Of a stretch of 43,235 nt of DNA, positions 1-7,994 are shown piece by piece. The first letter of the stretch is position 1. Every line of letters starts with the position of its first letter. This DNA is from Actinomycetota bacterium (GTDB lineage Bacteria > Actinomycetota > Humimicrobiia > Humimicrobiales > Humimicrobiaceae): assembly GCA_023488645.1 (NCBI GenBank), contig JAMDDL010000162.1, forward strand, positions 1 through 43,235, in the 5' to 3' direction. Below the pieces are notes generated by a model. That model was not told the DNA's origin and did no database searches. It was given only the letters and a program-made list of their open reading frames with translations. The position numbers and the translations under genes were made by a program.

Positions 1-946
1 ACATATCCGGATGAAACCACTTTGCATAATAAAGAAGACCAACAGGATATCTTAAAGTCAAAAATACGTCTGCTTTAATAATATATACTTTCCCTTCTTT
101 AACAGCCTTTACTTCTTTAAGCCCGGCTCTGGACATTAAATCTTCTCTTAAGAGCTTCATCTCTTCCAGCCCTGCATCCCCGCTGACTCGTCTGATTATT
201 ATGTCCGGATTTTTTTCCAGAATATATTCTGAACTGATTCTGGGAGAGCTGACTGGTTCAGCAGCAGCAATATTGATTCCTCCGGCAGCAACAATAGGTT
301 TATGTGCGCTGTTTTCAGCAGAAGCACTTATATAATCATGCCGGGCTTCAAAATAAATGAGCGGAAAATTTCCCCCTTTTTCCTCTTTTTCAGTAATTCT
401 TTGATCAACCAAATCAAGATAGACTTCCATATATTTAATTATCTCTTCAGCTTTTTGTTTTTTTCCAAGAATTATGCCAAGATTCCTTATAATATAAAAG
501 ATCCTGTCCGGATCACTTGTCGAATCAACAATAACCGTTATCCCGGCAGATTCAATTTTTGCTCTGTCTGAGTCAGAAAGCATAGTATCTGCAATTACTA
601 AATCCGGTTCAGCTTCAAGTATGAGCTCAAAATTAGGATGTGCAGAACTTTTACCGACAGAAGCTATTTTATTAAGAGGGGACGGAAAAGTTGAAAAATT
701 ATCTCTGCCGACTATTTTATCTGAATCCCCGAAGGCAGCAATTAGTGTTGACATCCCTGAATTTAAAGAAATTATCCTGTTTATTTCTTTAGGTACGTAA
801 ACATACCTTCCGCTTGCGTCAAGTATAACATTACTATTTTTTAAAACATTCATATCCTTAAAAGAAGAGCAACCTGTCACTAAAAAACAAACAACATTTA
901 GATAAACTAATATTAATACTGCTTTTTTACAGCATTTATTTTTCAT
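1..946 (-). CDS. BtuF/FhuD-type periplasmic substrate-binding lipoprotein of a corrinoid/iron-chelate ABC importer; C-terminus runs off the window
   Basis: Not in the ORF track because it is edge-truncated. My reverse-strand translation from ATG 946..944 stays open to base 2: MKNKCCKKAVLILVYLNVVCFLVTGCSSFKDMNVLKNSNVILDASGRYVYVPKEINRIISLNSGMSTLIAAFGDSDKIVGRDNFS...LEAEPDLVIADTMLSDSDRAKIESAGITVIV...LKEVKAVKEGKVYIIKADVF... It has a lipobox (LVTG|C). The PDLVIA and AVK.GKVY motifs are shared with the SBP at 10554..11699. Confidence 0.8.
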   Translation of the reverse strand, partial: MKNKCCKKAVLILVYLNVVCFLVTGCSSFKDMNVLKNSNVILDASGRYVYVPKEINRIISLNSGMSTLIAAFGDSDKIVGRDNFSTFPSPLNKIASVGKSSAHPNFELILEAEPDLVIADTMLSDSDRAKIESAGITVIVDSTSDPDRIFYIIRNLGIILGKKQKAEEIIKYMEVYLDLVDQRITEKEEKGGNFPLIYFEARHDYISASAENSAHKPIVAAGGINIAAAEPVSSPRISSEYILEKNPDIIIRRVSGDAGLEEMKLLREDLMSRAGLKEVKAVKEGKVYIIKADVFLTLRYPVGLLYYAKWFHPDM

Positions 947-992
947 AAAATCCTTTTCAAAACGATTTAATAAAATAACTCTTTTATTTTTT

Positions 993-1021
993 AACCTGAC
1001 CAGGTTTTAAACTGATCAGGT
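993..1021 (-). other. Intercistronic stem-loop between the cbiK-like gene and the SBP gene
   Basis: The plus strand reads AACCTGACCAGG-ttttaaa-CTGATCAGGT, an imperfect inverted repeat of about 10 bp (one G.U) in the 106-nt spacer. No U-run follows on the transcribed minus strand. An mRNA stability or processing hairpin is therefore more likely than a terminator. Confidence 0.3.
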
Positions 1022-1052
1022 CTGCTAGAAAATTAAATTTACTTTTTTATTT

Positions 1053-1934
1053 TTAAAACTGCGAAAGAACTGATTTTATTTGTTTTATAAACATTTCAAT
1101 AATCTTTGGATTGCTTCCCATCGCATCAGCAGCAGTTGCAGGTAAACCGATTTGTATTTTCCAGGAATCAGGTTCATCGCCCATAACATCATTAGACATA
1201 TGGTCACCGTATGTAAACAAAAGAGGTACAAACTTTACACTAGTTACACCTGAGTTTAATACATTCTCCAATACGCCTTCAAATTCAGGGGGCCCTTCAA
1301 CACATGCCAGAAAAGTATTTTTATAGTTGCTTCTTAAATATTTATCCATCTCAATTAGCTGTGCATTATCTTCCGGATGAGCTTCATTGCCATGAGCACA
1401 TAATATTGTTGCTGTATTTGACGGATCACCAAAATTATCAGATAAAGCAATAACAGTGTTTTGGATATTTTCAGGATTGAAAAGCAGAGGATAACCATAT
1501 TTTACGTTTAATCCTTTTGTTGGTGTATTTAAAACCTGCCTGAATTCAGCCCCTACCATAGTATGAAGACATTGTACAACAATATTTGTCTTACCTTCAG
1601 CAATCAATTGAGCATATACCTCTTCTACATTTTGTATAGGTATTTTGCGGTCAAAATAAGTAGTTTTTCCTGCTTTTTTAAGCTTATCAATAATAAATTG
1701 AGCAGTAAAAGCCCAACGGATTTCATTTTCAGGGAATTTTTCCCTAATCATTTTATCTGCATCAGCTAAATTTTTCTCCCCTGATTCCATGCTACTTCCA
1801 AACGCAGCTATTAAGATAACAGGCTTAGAAGTATTTACAGAAGTATTTACTATTTTTTTAGAACAGCCTATTGTTCCCGCCAGTATTACTACCGTTAAGC
1901 AAATAATTACTATTATCACAGGAGTTTTTTTCAC
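1053..1934 (-). CDS. cbiK: Exported (signal-peptide / lipoprotein-like) CbiK-family class-II chelatase homologue
   Basis: 293 aa, with GTG start at 1934 preceded by AAGGAAGG. CbiK hallmarks are present: AAFGSS (cf. FGTS), RWAFTA, QCLHTMVGAEF, and the His regions CAHGNEAH and TYGDHMSNDVMGDEPDSWK. The N-terminus MKKTPVIIVIICLTVVILAGTIGC is a hydrophobic export signal ending in Cys, which cytoplasmic CbiK lacks. Confidence 0.8.
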   Translation of the reverse strand: MKKTPVIIVIICLTVVILAGTIGCSKKIVNTSVNTSKPVILIAAFGSSMESGEKNLADADKMIREKFPENEIRWAFTAQFIIDKLKKAGKTTYFDRKIPIQNVEEVYAQLIAEGKTNIVVQCLHTMVGAEFRQVLNTPTKGLNVKYGYPLLFNPENIQNTVIALSDNFGDPSNTATILCAHGNEAHPEDNAQLIEMDKYLRSNYKNTFLACVEGPPEFEGVLENVLNSGVTSVKFVPLLFTYGDHMSNDVMGDEPDSWKIQIGLPATAADAMGSNPKIIEMFIKQIKSVLSQF

Positions 1935-2088
1935 TTTAACCTTCCTTTTTTTACTAATGCTTTAATAATTTCTTAAAACCTGATAAAAAGTTATTAAAAT
2001 CACTGATTATATCCGCCTATAAGCCTATGCTCTGATAAGAGATTTTTGAAAATATCTTTTTGGATTGGGATTTGGAAGGTTATTTAGA

Positions 2089-2122
2089 AATAAAAAAATA
2101 ACCACCCTTTCCTCGAAGAGCG
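2089..2122 (-). terminator. Expression-platform intrinsic terminator of riboswitch A
   Basis: The minus-strand RNA reads CGCUCUU-cgagg-AAGGGUG followed by GUUAUUUUUUU. Copy B has CGCUUUU / AAAAGUG at the same place. The differences between the copies preserve pairing (U-A to C-G, U-A to U.G). Confidence 0.5.
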
Positions 2123-2139
2123 CTTAAATTCATATAAAT

Positions 2140-2294
2140 ACTTATAGCAGGTCTCCTGACTTACGGGACAATACCCTTCGCCTTCCCGGCATCTACTGCC
2201 AGTGGCATTTTTGAAAGGTACACACCCGATTACAGTGACGGGATCGTTCCGGATTTTCACCGGATTCCCATTTAAGATTTACTTCACTATAAGC
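2140..2294 (-). promoter_or_regulatory. Cobalamin riboswitch A (aptamer), leader of the cbiK-like/SBP operon
   Basis: The minus strand reads GCUUAUAG(P1)..AAAUGGGAAUCCGGUGAAAAUCCGGAACGAUCCCGUCACUGUAAUCGGGUGUG..AAAAAUGCCACUGGCAGUAGAUGCCGGGAAGGCGAAGGGUAUUGUCCCGUAAGUCAGGAGACCUGCUAUAAGU(P1'). It carries the B12 box GCCACUG plus the GGUGAAA..CC and GGGAAGGC core elements. P1 closes with 8 bp. Confidence 0.9.
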
Positions 2295-2349
2295 AACTAA
2301 CTATTTGTTTTTTAAAAGAACTTAAGGCATTGCTGTCTTTTGACTTTAC

Positions 2350-2378
2350 AATATACAGCTTAGTATTTAAAAAATCAA
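2350..2378 (-). promoter_or_regulatory. Candidate sigma70-type promoter for riboswitch A
   Basis: The minus strand reads TTGATT-N17-TATATT about 50 nt upstream of P1. AT-rich DNA makes chance matches likely. Confidence 0.3.
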
Positions 2379-2416
2379 TAGAATTTTAAATATTTTTTTT
2401 AATTATTAAATAAAAT

Positions 2417-2444
2417 TTGATTATAAAAAAAATTCTTCTATAAT
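2417..2444 (+). promoter_or_regulatory. Candidate promoter for the LVIVD-repeat gene
   Basis: TTGATT (2417..2422), a 16-nt spacer, then a consensus TATAAT (2439..2444), about 50 nt upstream of ATG 2495. Confidence 0.35.
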
Positions 2445-2494
2445 GTGAGTATTCTAAATCTTAACTATAATTTATTATTTCTTTGGTTTTTAAA

Positions 2495-3541
2495 ATGTTT
2501 AAAATAAATGACAGATCAGGAAATGTAATTCTTTTAGTTTTTGCTGCAACGGTTATTGTTGCCGGAATCTTTTTAAGCACCTTAAATGTTTTTGGGATTA
2601 TAGGAGAAAAAAATCCAATTTTAATAAAAGAGTTCAAAAATAATTTTGAAATTACCGACTTTACAGTAAATAGTAAATATGCCTTTTTAGCTTATATCGA
2701 ATATGACTATGAGCACGACAAAAAGGTACCCTTAAATAAGGGTATAAAAATATTTGAAATATCTGATAAATCAAATCCTATCTTAATAAGTTCCTGTAAT
2801 ACACCCGGCGGTGCAAATTGTTTGACCGTTAAAGATAAATATATTTTTGCAGCGGGTAAATATCTTCAGATTATTGATGTCTCAGATATAGAAAATCCTT
2901 TTATAACTGAAAGCATGGAACTTTCAAGCGAGGTTTTTAAAATAGAAATAATTAAGAATAAGGCTTATCTTTCAACAGCTAACAGCTTGCTGTTAATGGA
3001 TGTCAGCAATAGTATCTCTCCGGAGGTTATCGGTGAATTTAAAGCAAATGACGCAATAAAAGACTTTTACATTGATAATAATTATGCTTTTCTGGCTAAT
3101 TGGAATAATGGGGCTGTTATTTTGGATGTTTCTAAAGAAAAAATTGAAAAAGTCAGTGAATATCCCGGCAAAATAATTTCTTCAATAAGCGCTGATGAAA
3201 AATATCTTTATATTCTTGGAAACAGTTTAAAAGTACTGGATATAACCGATATATCAAACCCCGTATTTCTTAAAGACATCCCGGTATCAGGATACTCATA
3301 TGACTTTGACGTAGATAATGACCTTGTTTATTTATTAAGTGGCAGTAAATCATACAGCGAACAATACACTGGAAATTTGGAAATAATAAAAAATCACAAC
3401 ACAAGAGATTTAAAAATTTTAGCATCAAATACTTTTAATTTAGATGTTTTAGAAAATCTTAAGATGATTTTGAAGGACAACTACGCATATATTTCTGGCG
3501 AAAAAAACGGACTCAAAATTTTCAAATTAGTGAACATTTAG
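2495..3541 (+). CDS. Membrane-anchored/secreted LVIVD-repeat beta-propeller protein, function unknown
   Basis: The ORF track starts at TTG 2483; ATG 2495 is more plausible. There is an N-terminal TM/signal segment (GNVILLVFAATVIVAGIFLSTL). It is followed by about 6 repeats of the LVIVD type: KIFEISDKSNPILIS, LQIIDVSDIENPFI, LLLMDVSNSISPEVIG, AVILDVSKEKIEKVS, LKVLDITDISNPVFL. Confidence 0.6.
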   Translation: MFKINDRSGNVILLVFAATVIVAGIFLSTLNVFGIIGEKNPILIKEFKNNFEITDFTVNSKYAFLAYIEYDYEHDKKVPLNKGIKIFEISDKSNPILISSCNTPGGANCLTVKDKYIFAAGKYLQIIDVSDIENPFITESMELSSEVFKIEIIKNKAYLSTANSLLLMDVSNSISPEVIGEFKANDAIKDFYIDNNYAFLANWNNGAVILDVSKEKIEKVSEYPGKIISSISADEKYLYILGNSLKVLDITDISNPVFLKDIPVSGYSYDFDVDNDLVYLLSGSKSYSEQYTGNLEIIKNHNTRDLKILASNTFNLDVLENLKMILKDNYAYISGEKNGLKIFKLVNI

Positions 3542-3754
3542 ATAAAATTATATTAAAGCTAAGCGTTAACGAGGCATGTTCATTTTTTAATCAAAAACTT
3601 TTATTCACTGTAAAACTTTTAAAAAAAATAGGGTTTTGACATTTTTTTAAATTATGCAGGAAATATTACTGTTTTATTTAAATATATTTAAATATATATG
3701 TCATTAAATAAAAAATTCTTCAACTTATTTTATATAAGCAATTTACAGTTGCAA

Positions 3755-4858
3755 TTATAGCCACCAAAGAATTTGATTCCCTGTTAAATCCGATCCCAGC
3801 AATTCCCCGTTATAATTAAAAATCGCGCTTCTGCAAAGAATTTTCCCCCCAGACATTTTCTCACCATTTTCAGAGATCATTTTTGCCATAAGATTAAAAA
3901 CACTAAATGCTTTTTCCTTTAAAATTAATTCTGCTGCATTCTCAGCTGTCTTACACTGTGTTTCAATCATTTCTGCTAAGTTATTTAATTTCATTTTTCT
4001 GACGATTTTAATTATTGTTTCAATCCTCTTATCGCCTACTCTTGAAGATGTGTCTTCCAAACCGGCAGCAATTTTAACCAGCTTGCCTATATGCCCGCAT
4101 ATGAATATTTTCTTGACTTGCTCTTCTGCAGCATACTTGATTGCATGACCAACATAATTGGAAACTTGAACTATTCTTTCCTGATCTATCCCGAAATAAT
4201 TTTTACATAATTTTTCGCCAATGTTGCCCGGAACAAAAACTATATTCTTAAAACCACGGGATATTGCCATATTTATCATAATGCTTATGGTTTTTTTTAC
4301 TGCATCTATTGACTTTGGTTCAACGTAGCCTGTAGTTCCCAAAATAGATAAGCCTCCGATAATACCAAGTTTAGGATTGAATGTTTGTTTTGCCAGTTCC
4401 TCCCCCTTTGGAAATATGATCTCAACATCATACCCATTACCGGATTTCATTAATTCTTTTATATTCTCAAAAATCATTTTCATTGGACCAGGATTTATTG
4501 CAGGTTCACCTACTGGAGTTTGAAGCCCCGGAAATGTAACTTTGCCTATGCCTTTACCACCTCTTATATTAATACCGGGGTCATTTTTCCCTTTGATTCT
4601 TACTATAATTTCCATACCGTTTGTAATATCAGGGTCATCTCCGGCGTCTTTAATTGAAAAAAATTCAATCCATTCTTTATTATGACTGACAGACTTGAAT
4701 TGTATTTTTTCTGTCTCTCCCCGAGGCATTTTTACAATGCAATAATTATTTAAAACTCCGGTTTCAAAAAACATAACTCCTGCCCTAACCGAAGCTGCAA
4801 CATAAGTGCCAGTTGTAAATCCTTTTCTTAATGTTCCTGATTTTCTTTTTTCAGTCAT
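3755..4858 (-). CDS. cbiD: Cobalt-precorrin-5B (C1)-methyltransferase CbiD
   Basis: 367 aa. N-terminal LRKGFTTGTYVAASVRAG matches the CbiD signature (GxTTGTCAAAA). It overlaps the cbiC stop by 8 nt. Confidence 0.85.
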   Translation of the reverse strand: MTEKRKSGTLRKGFTTGTYVAASVRAGVMFFETGVLNNYCIVKMPRGETEKIQFKSVSHNKEWIEFFSIKDAGDDPDITNGMEIIVRIKGKNDPGINIRGGKGIGKVTFPGLQTPVGEPAINPGPMKMIFENIKELMKSGNGYDVEIIFPKGEELAKQTFNPKLGIIGGLSILGTTGYVEPKSIDAVKKTISIMINMAISRGFKNIVFVPGNIGEKLCKNYFGIDQERIVQVSNYVGHAIKYAAEEQVKKIFICGHIGKLVKIAAGLEDTSSRVGDKRIETIIKIVRKMKLNNLAEMIETQCKTAENAAELILKEKAFSVFNLMAKMISENGEKMSGGKILCRSAIFNYNGELLGSDLTGNQILWWL

Positions 4859-5489
4859 TATTGCTTCGCATAATAAATATATTAATTAAAGCATTAAAAA
4901 CAGAACTTGCAAGATTGCTGCCTCCTCTTGTACCAGGTAACGTTATATATGGAATCTCATCCTGAATTACAAGACTGTTTTTTGAAGTATCTGCTCCCAC
5001 AAAACCTACAGGCATTCCTATAATTAGTGAAGGTTTATATTTTTTTGCTTCCCTAATAATAGACAATAATTCAAAAAGAGCTGTGGGGGCATTGCCAATA
5101 ATAACAATGGATCCGGGTAGATATTCTTTTAATGATTGTATTGCCAAGGCAGCTCTTGTTTTTCCGGTTATTTCTGATTTATTAAAAATATCACTTCTGT
5201 CTATTGCACAAAAATGTTTATTGCCGTTATCTTTAAGCCAGTTTTTTCTTATACCTGCTTCAACCATTCTTGAGTCGGTTATTATATTGCATTTTGATTT
5301 TAATGCCTTAACTGATACATCAATAGCACCTTTTGAAATTACCAGTTTCCAATATAGCTCTGTATCGCCTGACGCATGTACAACCCTGGATCTTATTTCC
5401 TTTTCTTCAGCGCTCAATTTAGGATTGTCCATTAGATCATCAATAATTTTAAAACTTTCTTTCTCAATATAATTTCTTAATATTTCCAA
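4851..5489 (-). CDS. cbiC: Cobalt-precorrin-8 methylmutase CbiC
   Basis: 212 aa with a TTG start. It carries RVVHASGD and IVIIGNAPTALFEL, motifs typical of CbiC/CobH. Confidence 0.85.
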   Translation of the reverse strand: MEILRNYIEKESFKIIDDLMDNPKLSAEEKEIRSRVVHASGDTELYWKLVISKGAIDVSVKALKSKCNIITDSRMVEAGIRKNWLKDNGNKHFCAIDRSDIFNKSEITGKTRAALAIQSLKEYLPGSIVIIGNAPTALFELLSIIREAKKYKPSLIIGMPVGFVGADTSKNSLVIQDEIPYITLPGTRGGSNLASSVFNALINIFIMRSNND

Positions 5490-5629
5490 TTCTTAATTTC
5501 CCCTTTTATTCTTTATAATAACTATGCCGTTAGCTTAATGCAAATTAATTTCCGTGAGATACTGCAGGCATTAACAACATACCTAAATAAATCACCGATA
5601 CTACAACGAGGTTAAACTGGAAAACCCTG

Positions 5630-7063
5630 TCAGTATTTGCCAAAAGAAGTAAGAGAACAGTTCCCTTGCTTCTTTTTTTTGTAAAAACTTGCATGCTTAA
5701 CTAAGCTGTTTACCACTACCTGATTGTCAATAAAATTAATATGTAAATATGAAGCAAAAAGATTGTTATCTGCAAATCCATCAAATTTATCCTTTACCCT
5801 GCCTTCCTGCTTAGATTTCAAAATATATGGTTTGAATTCATCAGGTAGTTCTTCAACAGGATACGAGTGGTGGAATTCATGCCCCCTGATTTCTATCCCT
5901 GCATTCCCTATAATAGTATTAAACCTTGTTTGAGCAAGCTTATAACCAAACCCTTTAAGCCTGTCACTTAGCTTTATGTCAACAGGTATTATCCCAAGCA
6001 TTGGATATTTTTTACCTTCAGAATCTATATAATTTCTGCAAAGGTAAATAAAGCCTCCACACTCTGCATAAATAGGCATCCCCTGACTGTGGTAATTAAG
6101 AATATCTTTTTTTAATGATTTATTATCACTTAATTGTTTTGCAAATATTTCAGGAAAACCGCCCCATAAAATTAACAAATCAATATCAGAATCCAGACTT
6201 TTCCCATTTAAAGGGCTAAAAGGTGCACATTCTACTCCCATTTTTTTTAATATATCAATATTCTGGTGATAAAAAAAATTAAATGAATTATCAAAGGAAT
6301 ATGCGACTTTTATATTATTATGCTTGCTCAATGAAGTATATGGAGAGTAATTTTTATCAAAATAAAAATTTGTAGATTTAAACGCAATGTCCAGTATTTT
6401 CTCCAAATCAAAATATTGTTCCACTTGATCAGCAGCATTGTTGATGAATAAATCTGTCTGATTTTTTTCAAATATGGTAGTAAGCCCAAGATGTCTCTCT
6501 TTAACTACAAGTTTTTCATCCTTTATAAGATAGCCAAGAACTCTTGTTTTTGTCCTTTTTTCTATAGCTTCCTTCAAAAGCTCATAATGACCTGACCCTG
6601 AAACTTTAGCAAGTATCAATCCTGCTATTTTGATCTTCCTGTCAAAATTAATGAAACCCTCAATAATAGCGCTAATTGATTCTCCTATTTTTTCACAATT
6701 AATACATAATAGAACCGGCGCATTTAACAATTTTACCATTTCAGCAGTACTGCAATCACCACCATCAAAAAGTCCCATAACCCCTTCAATTATCGAAATA
6801 TCAGCATCTGCAGATTTTTCAAAGAAAGTATACTGTACATTTTTTTTACCCATCAGCCAGAAATCTAAATTATATGCAGTGCGGCCGGAAACATATGTAA
6901 GATATGCGGTATCTATATAATCCGGACCGATCTTATAAGACTGGACACTTATATTTTTCCTTTTTAAAGCTTCTATTAATCCTATCGTGGTAGTTGTTTT
7001 ACAGCTGCTGCTCGAAGCGCCGCTTATCACCAATCTTGGGTATCTGTTATTTTTATTGCTCAT
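5630..7063 (-). CDS. cbiA: Cobyrinate a,c-diamide synthase CbiA
   Basis: 477 aa. It has an N-terminal nucleotide-binding loop (VISGASSSSCKTTTTIGL) and a C-terminal glutamine-amidotransferase motif (PIYAECGGFIYL). Confidence 0.85.
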   Translation of the reverse strand: MSNKNNRYPRLVISGASSSSCKTTTTIGLIEALKRKNISVQSYKIGPDYIDTAYLTYVSGRTAYNLDFWLMGKKNVQYTFFEKSADADISIIEGVMGLFDGGDCSTAEMVKLLNAPVLLCINCEKIGESISAIIEGFINFDRKIKIAGLILAKVSGSGHYELLKEAIEKRTKTRVLGYLIKDEKLVVKERHLGLTTIFEKNQTDLFINNAADQVEQYFDLEKILDIAFKSTNFYFDKNYSPYTSLSKHNNIKVAYSFDNSFNFFYHQNIDILKKMGVECAPFSPLNGKSLDSDIDLLILWGGFPEIFAKQLSDNKSLKKDILNYHSQGMPIYAECGGFIYLCRNYIDSEGKKYPMLGIIPVDIKLSDRLKGFGYKLAQTRFNTIIGNAGIEIRGHEFHHSYPVEELPDEFKPYILKSKQEGRVKDKFDGFADNNLFASYLHINFIDNQVVVNSLVKHASFYKKKKQGNCSLTSFGKY

Positions 7064-7164
7064 ATTTTAAAATTATAATTATTCTGTTAAACAGTGGTTA
7101 TTCCTGTTGCAGCAGAATTAAGTACAATGTCTGAAAAATTGCCATCTCAAGTAAATTAATCTTA

Positions 7165-7460
7165 TCTATATAAAGCATTCTTCTGCCTGCCCGTACCAAG
7201 AGTCCGGATTTAAGTAAATTTTTTCCCCTTCCGGATTTTCCAATATTAATGCTTCTTTTAAAGAATCCTACCTTATAATTGCACTAAATGGCAAGACTCT
7301 TTTTTTATTTTCGATATTTTCTTCTTATCTTAAGCTTTGCCCTTAAATATTTGCTATATTTGCTATAAACTTAAATCTTTGGCACTCTTGATGCAGAAAA
7401 CAAAAATAAATTGTGTACCCGACAATTTTAATTATTTATCATGGGAAATAAATACTTGCC
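7165..7460 (-). pseudogene. Collapsed relic of an ABC-2 permease 3' end / chlI-D 5' end junction, paralogous to 15230..15440
   Basis: The minus-strand relic reads ...KDLSL(TAG) - spacer - ..KKRVLPFSAIIR(TAG)DSLKEALIL. The intact locus reads ...KDLSL(TAA) - AGGAGG spacer - MKAGKRVLPFTAIVGQDSLKEALIL. A 22-nt exact match (AATGCTTCTTTTAAAGAATCCT) links 7248..7269 to 15239..15260. The SD and start codon are destroyed, there is an in-frame TAG, and the permease tail carries a 1-nt indel. The 7165..7236 part is only tentatively the chlI-D tail. Confidence 0.7.
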
Positions 7461-7571
7461 AATAAAATATTTTTATTGACTTTTAAAAAAAGAAGCTATA
7501 TCTTTTAAAAACAGAAGGTAGTAGCATTTTAAGTAGTGTTTTAAGTTCTTTTAAAAAACAAATAGTTAGTT

Positions 7572-7726
7572 GCTTATAGTGAAGTAATTCTTAAATGGGA
7601 ATCCGGTGAAAATCCGGAACGATCCCGTCACTGTAATCGGGTGTGTACCTTTCAAAAATGCCACTGGCAGTAGATGTCGGGAAGGCGAAGGGTATTGTCC
7701 CGTAAGTCAGGAGACCTGCTGTAAGT
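7572..7726 (+). promoter_or_regulatory. Cobalamin riboswitch B (aptamer), leader of the btuCD-btuF operon
   Basis: Same sequence as riboswitch A with 3 differences in about 155 nt. Core elements are GGGAAUCCGGUGAAAAUCCGGA, the B12 box GCCACUG and CGGGAAGGCGAAGGG. P1 pairs GCUUAUAG with CUGUAAGU. Confidence 0.9.
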
Positions 7727-7743
7727 ATAAATTATGTTGTAAG

Positions 7744-7775
7744 CGCTTTTCGAGGAAAAAGTGGTTATTTTTTTA
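7744..7775 (+). terminator. Expression-platform terminator of riboswitch B
   Basis: CGCUUUU-cgagga-AAAAGUG then GUUAUUUUUUUA. It is an AU-rich 7-bp stem, and covariation with copy A supports it. Confidence 0.45.
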
Positions 7776-7994
7776 TTGTAATACTACCTCTTAAAACTAC
7801 TTTCCCCCGAAAATCCCAAGTTCATATTTAAATACATTAACATTAATTGGTTTATGATAAATGACCAGTAAAAAAAGTTTATGCTGTAGAATTGGCACTT
7901 TAATTTTTCAAAAACCTGAAAAAATGAATTATTTGCCAAAAGACGGTTAGTTAATAACTAAATAAACATTGCTCTATAAAAAAAGGATGGGAAA

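Noticed and set aside
5490-5629. Mutually exclusive short pairings in the 140-nt cbiA-cbiC spacer (TTAATGC with GCATTAA, or ATGCC with GGCAT) suggested an attenuator.
   Set aside because: The stems are only 5-7 bp with large loops and no U-run. They are indistinguishable from chance in this composition.
7606-7794. ORFs of 62 aa (7606..7794) and 66 aa (21954..22154) with Cys-rich translations.
   Set aside because: They coincide exactly with cobalamin riboswitch aptamers, and for 21954 with the antisense of one. The open frames are by-products of the structured RNA sequence.
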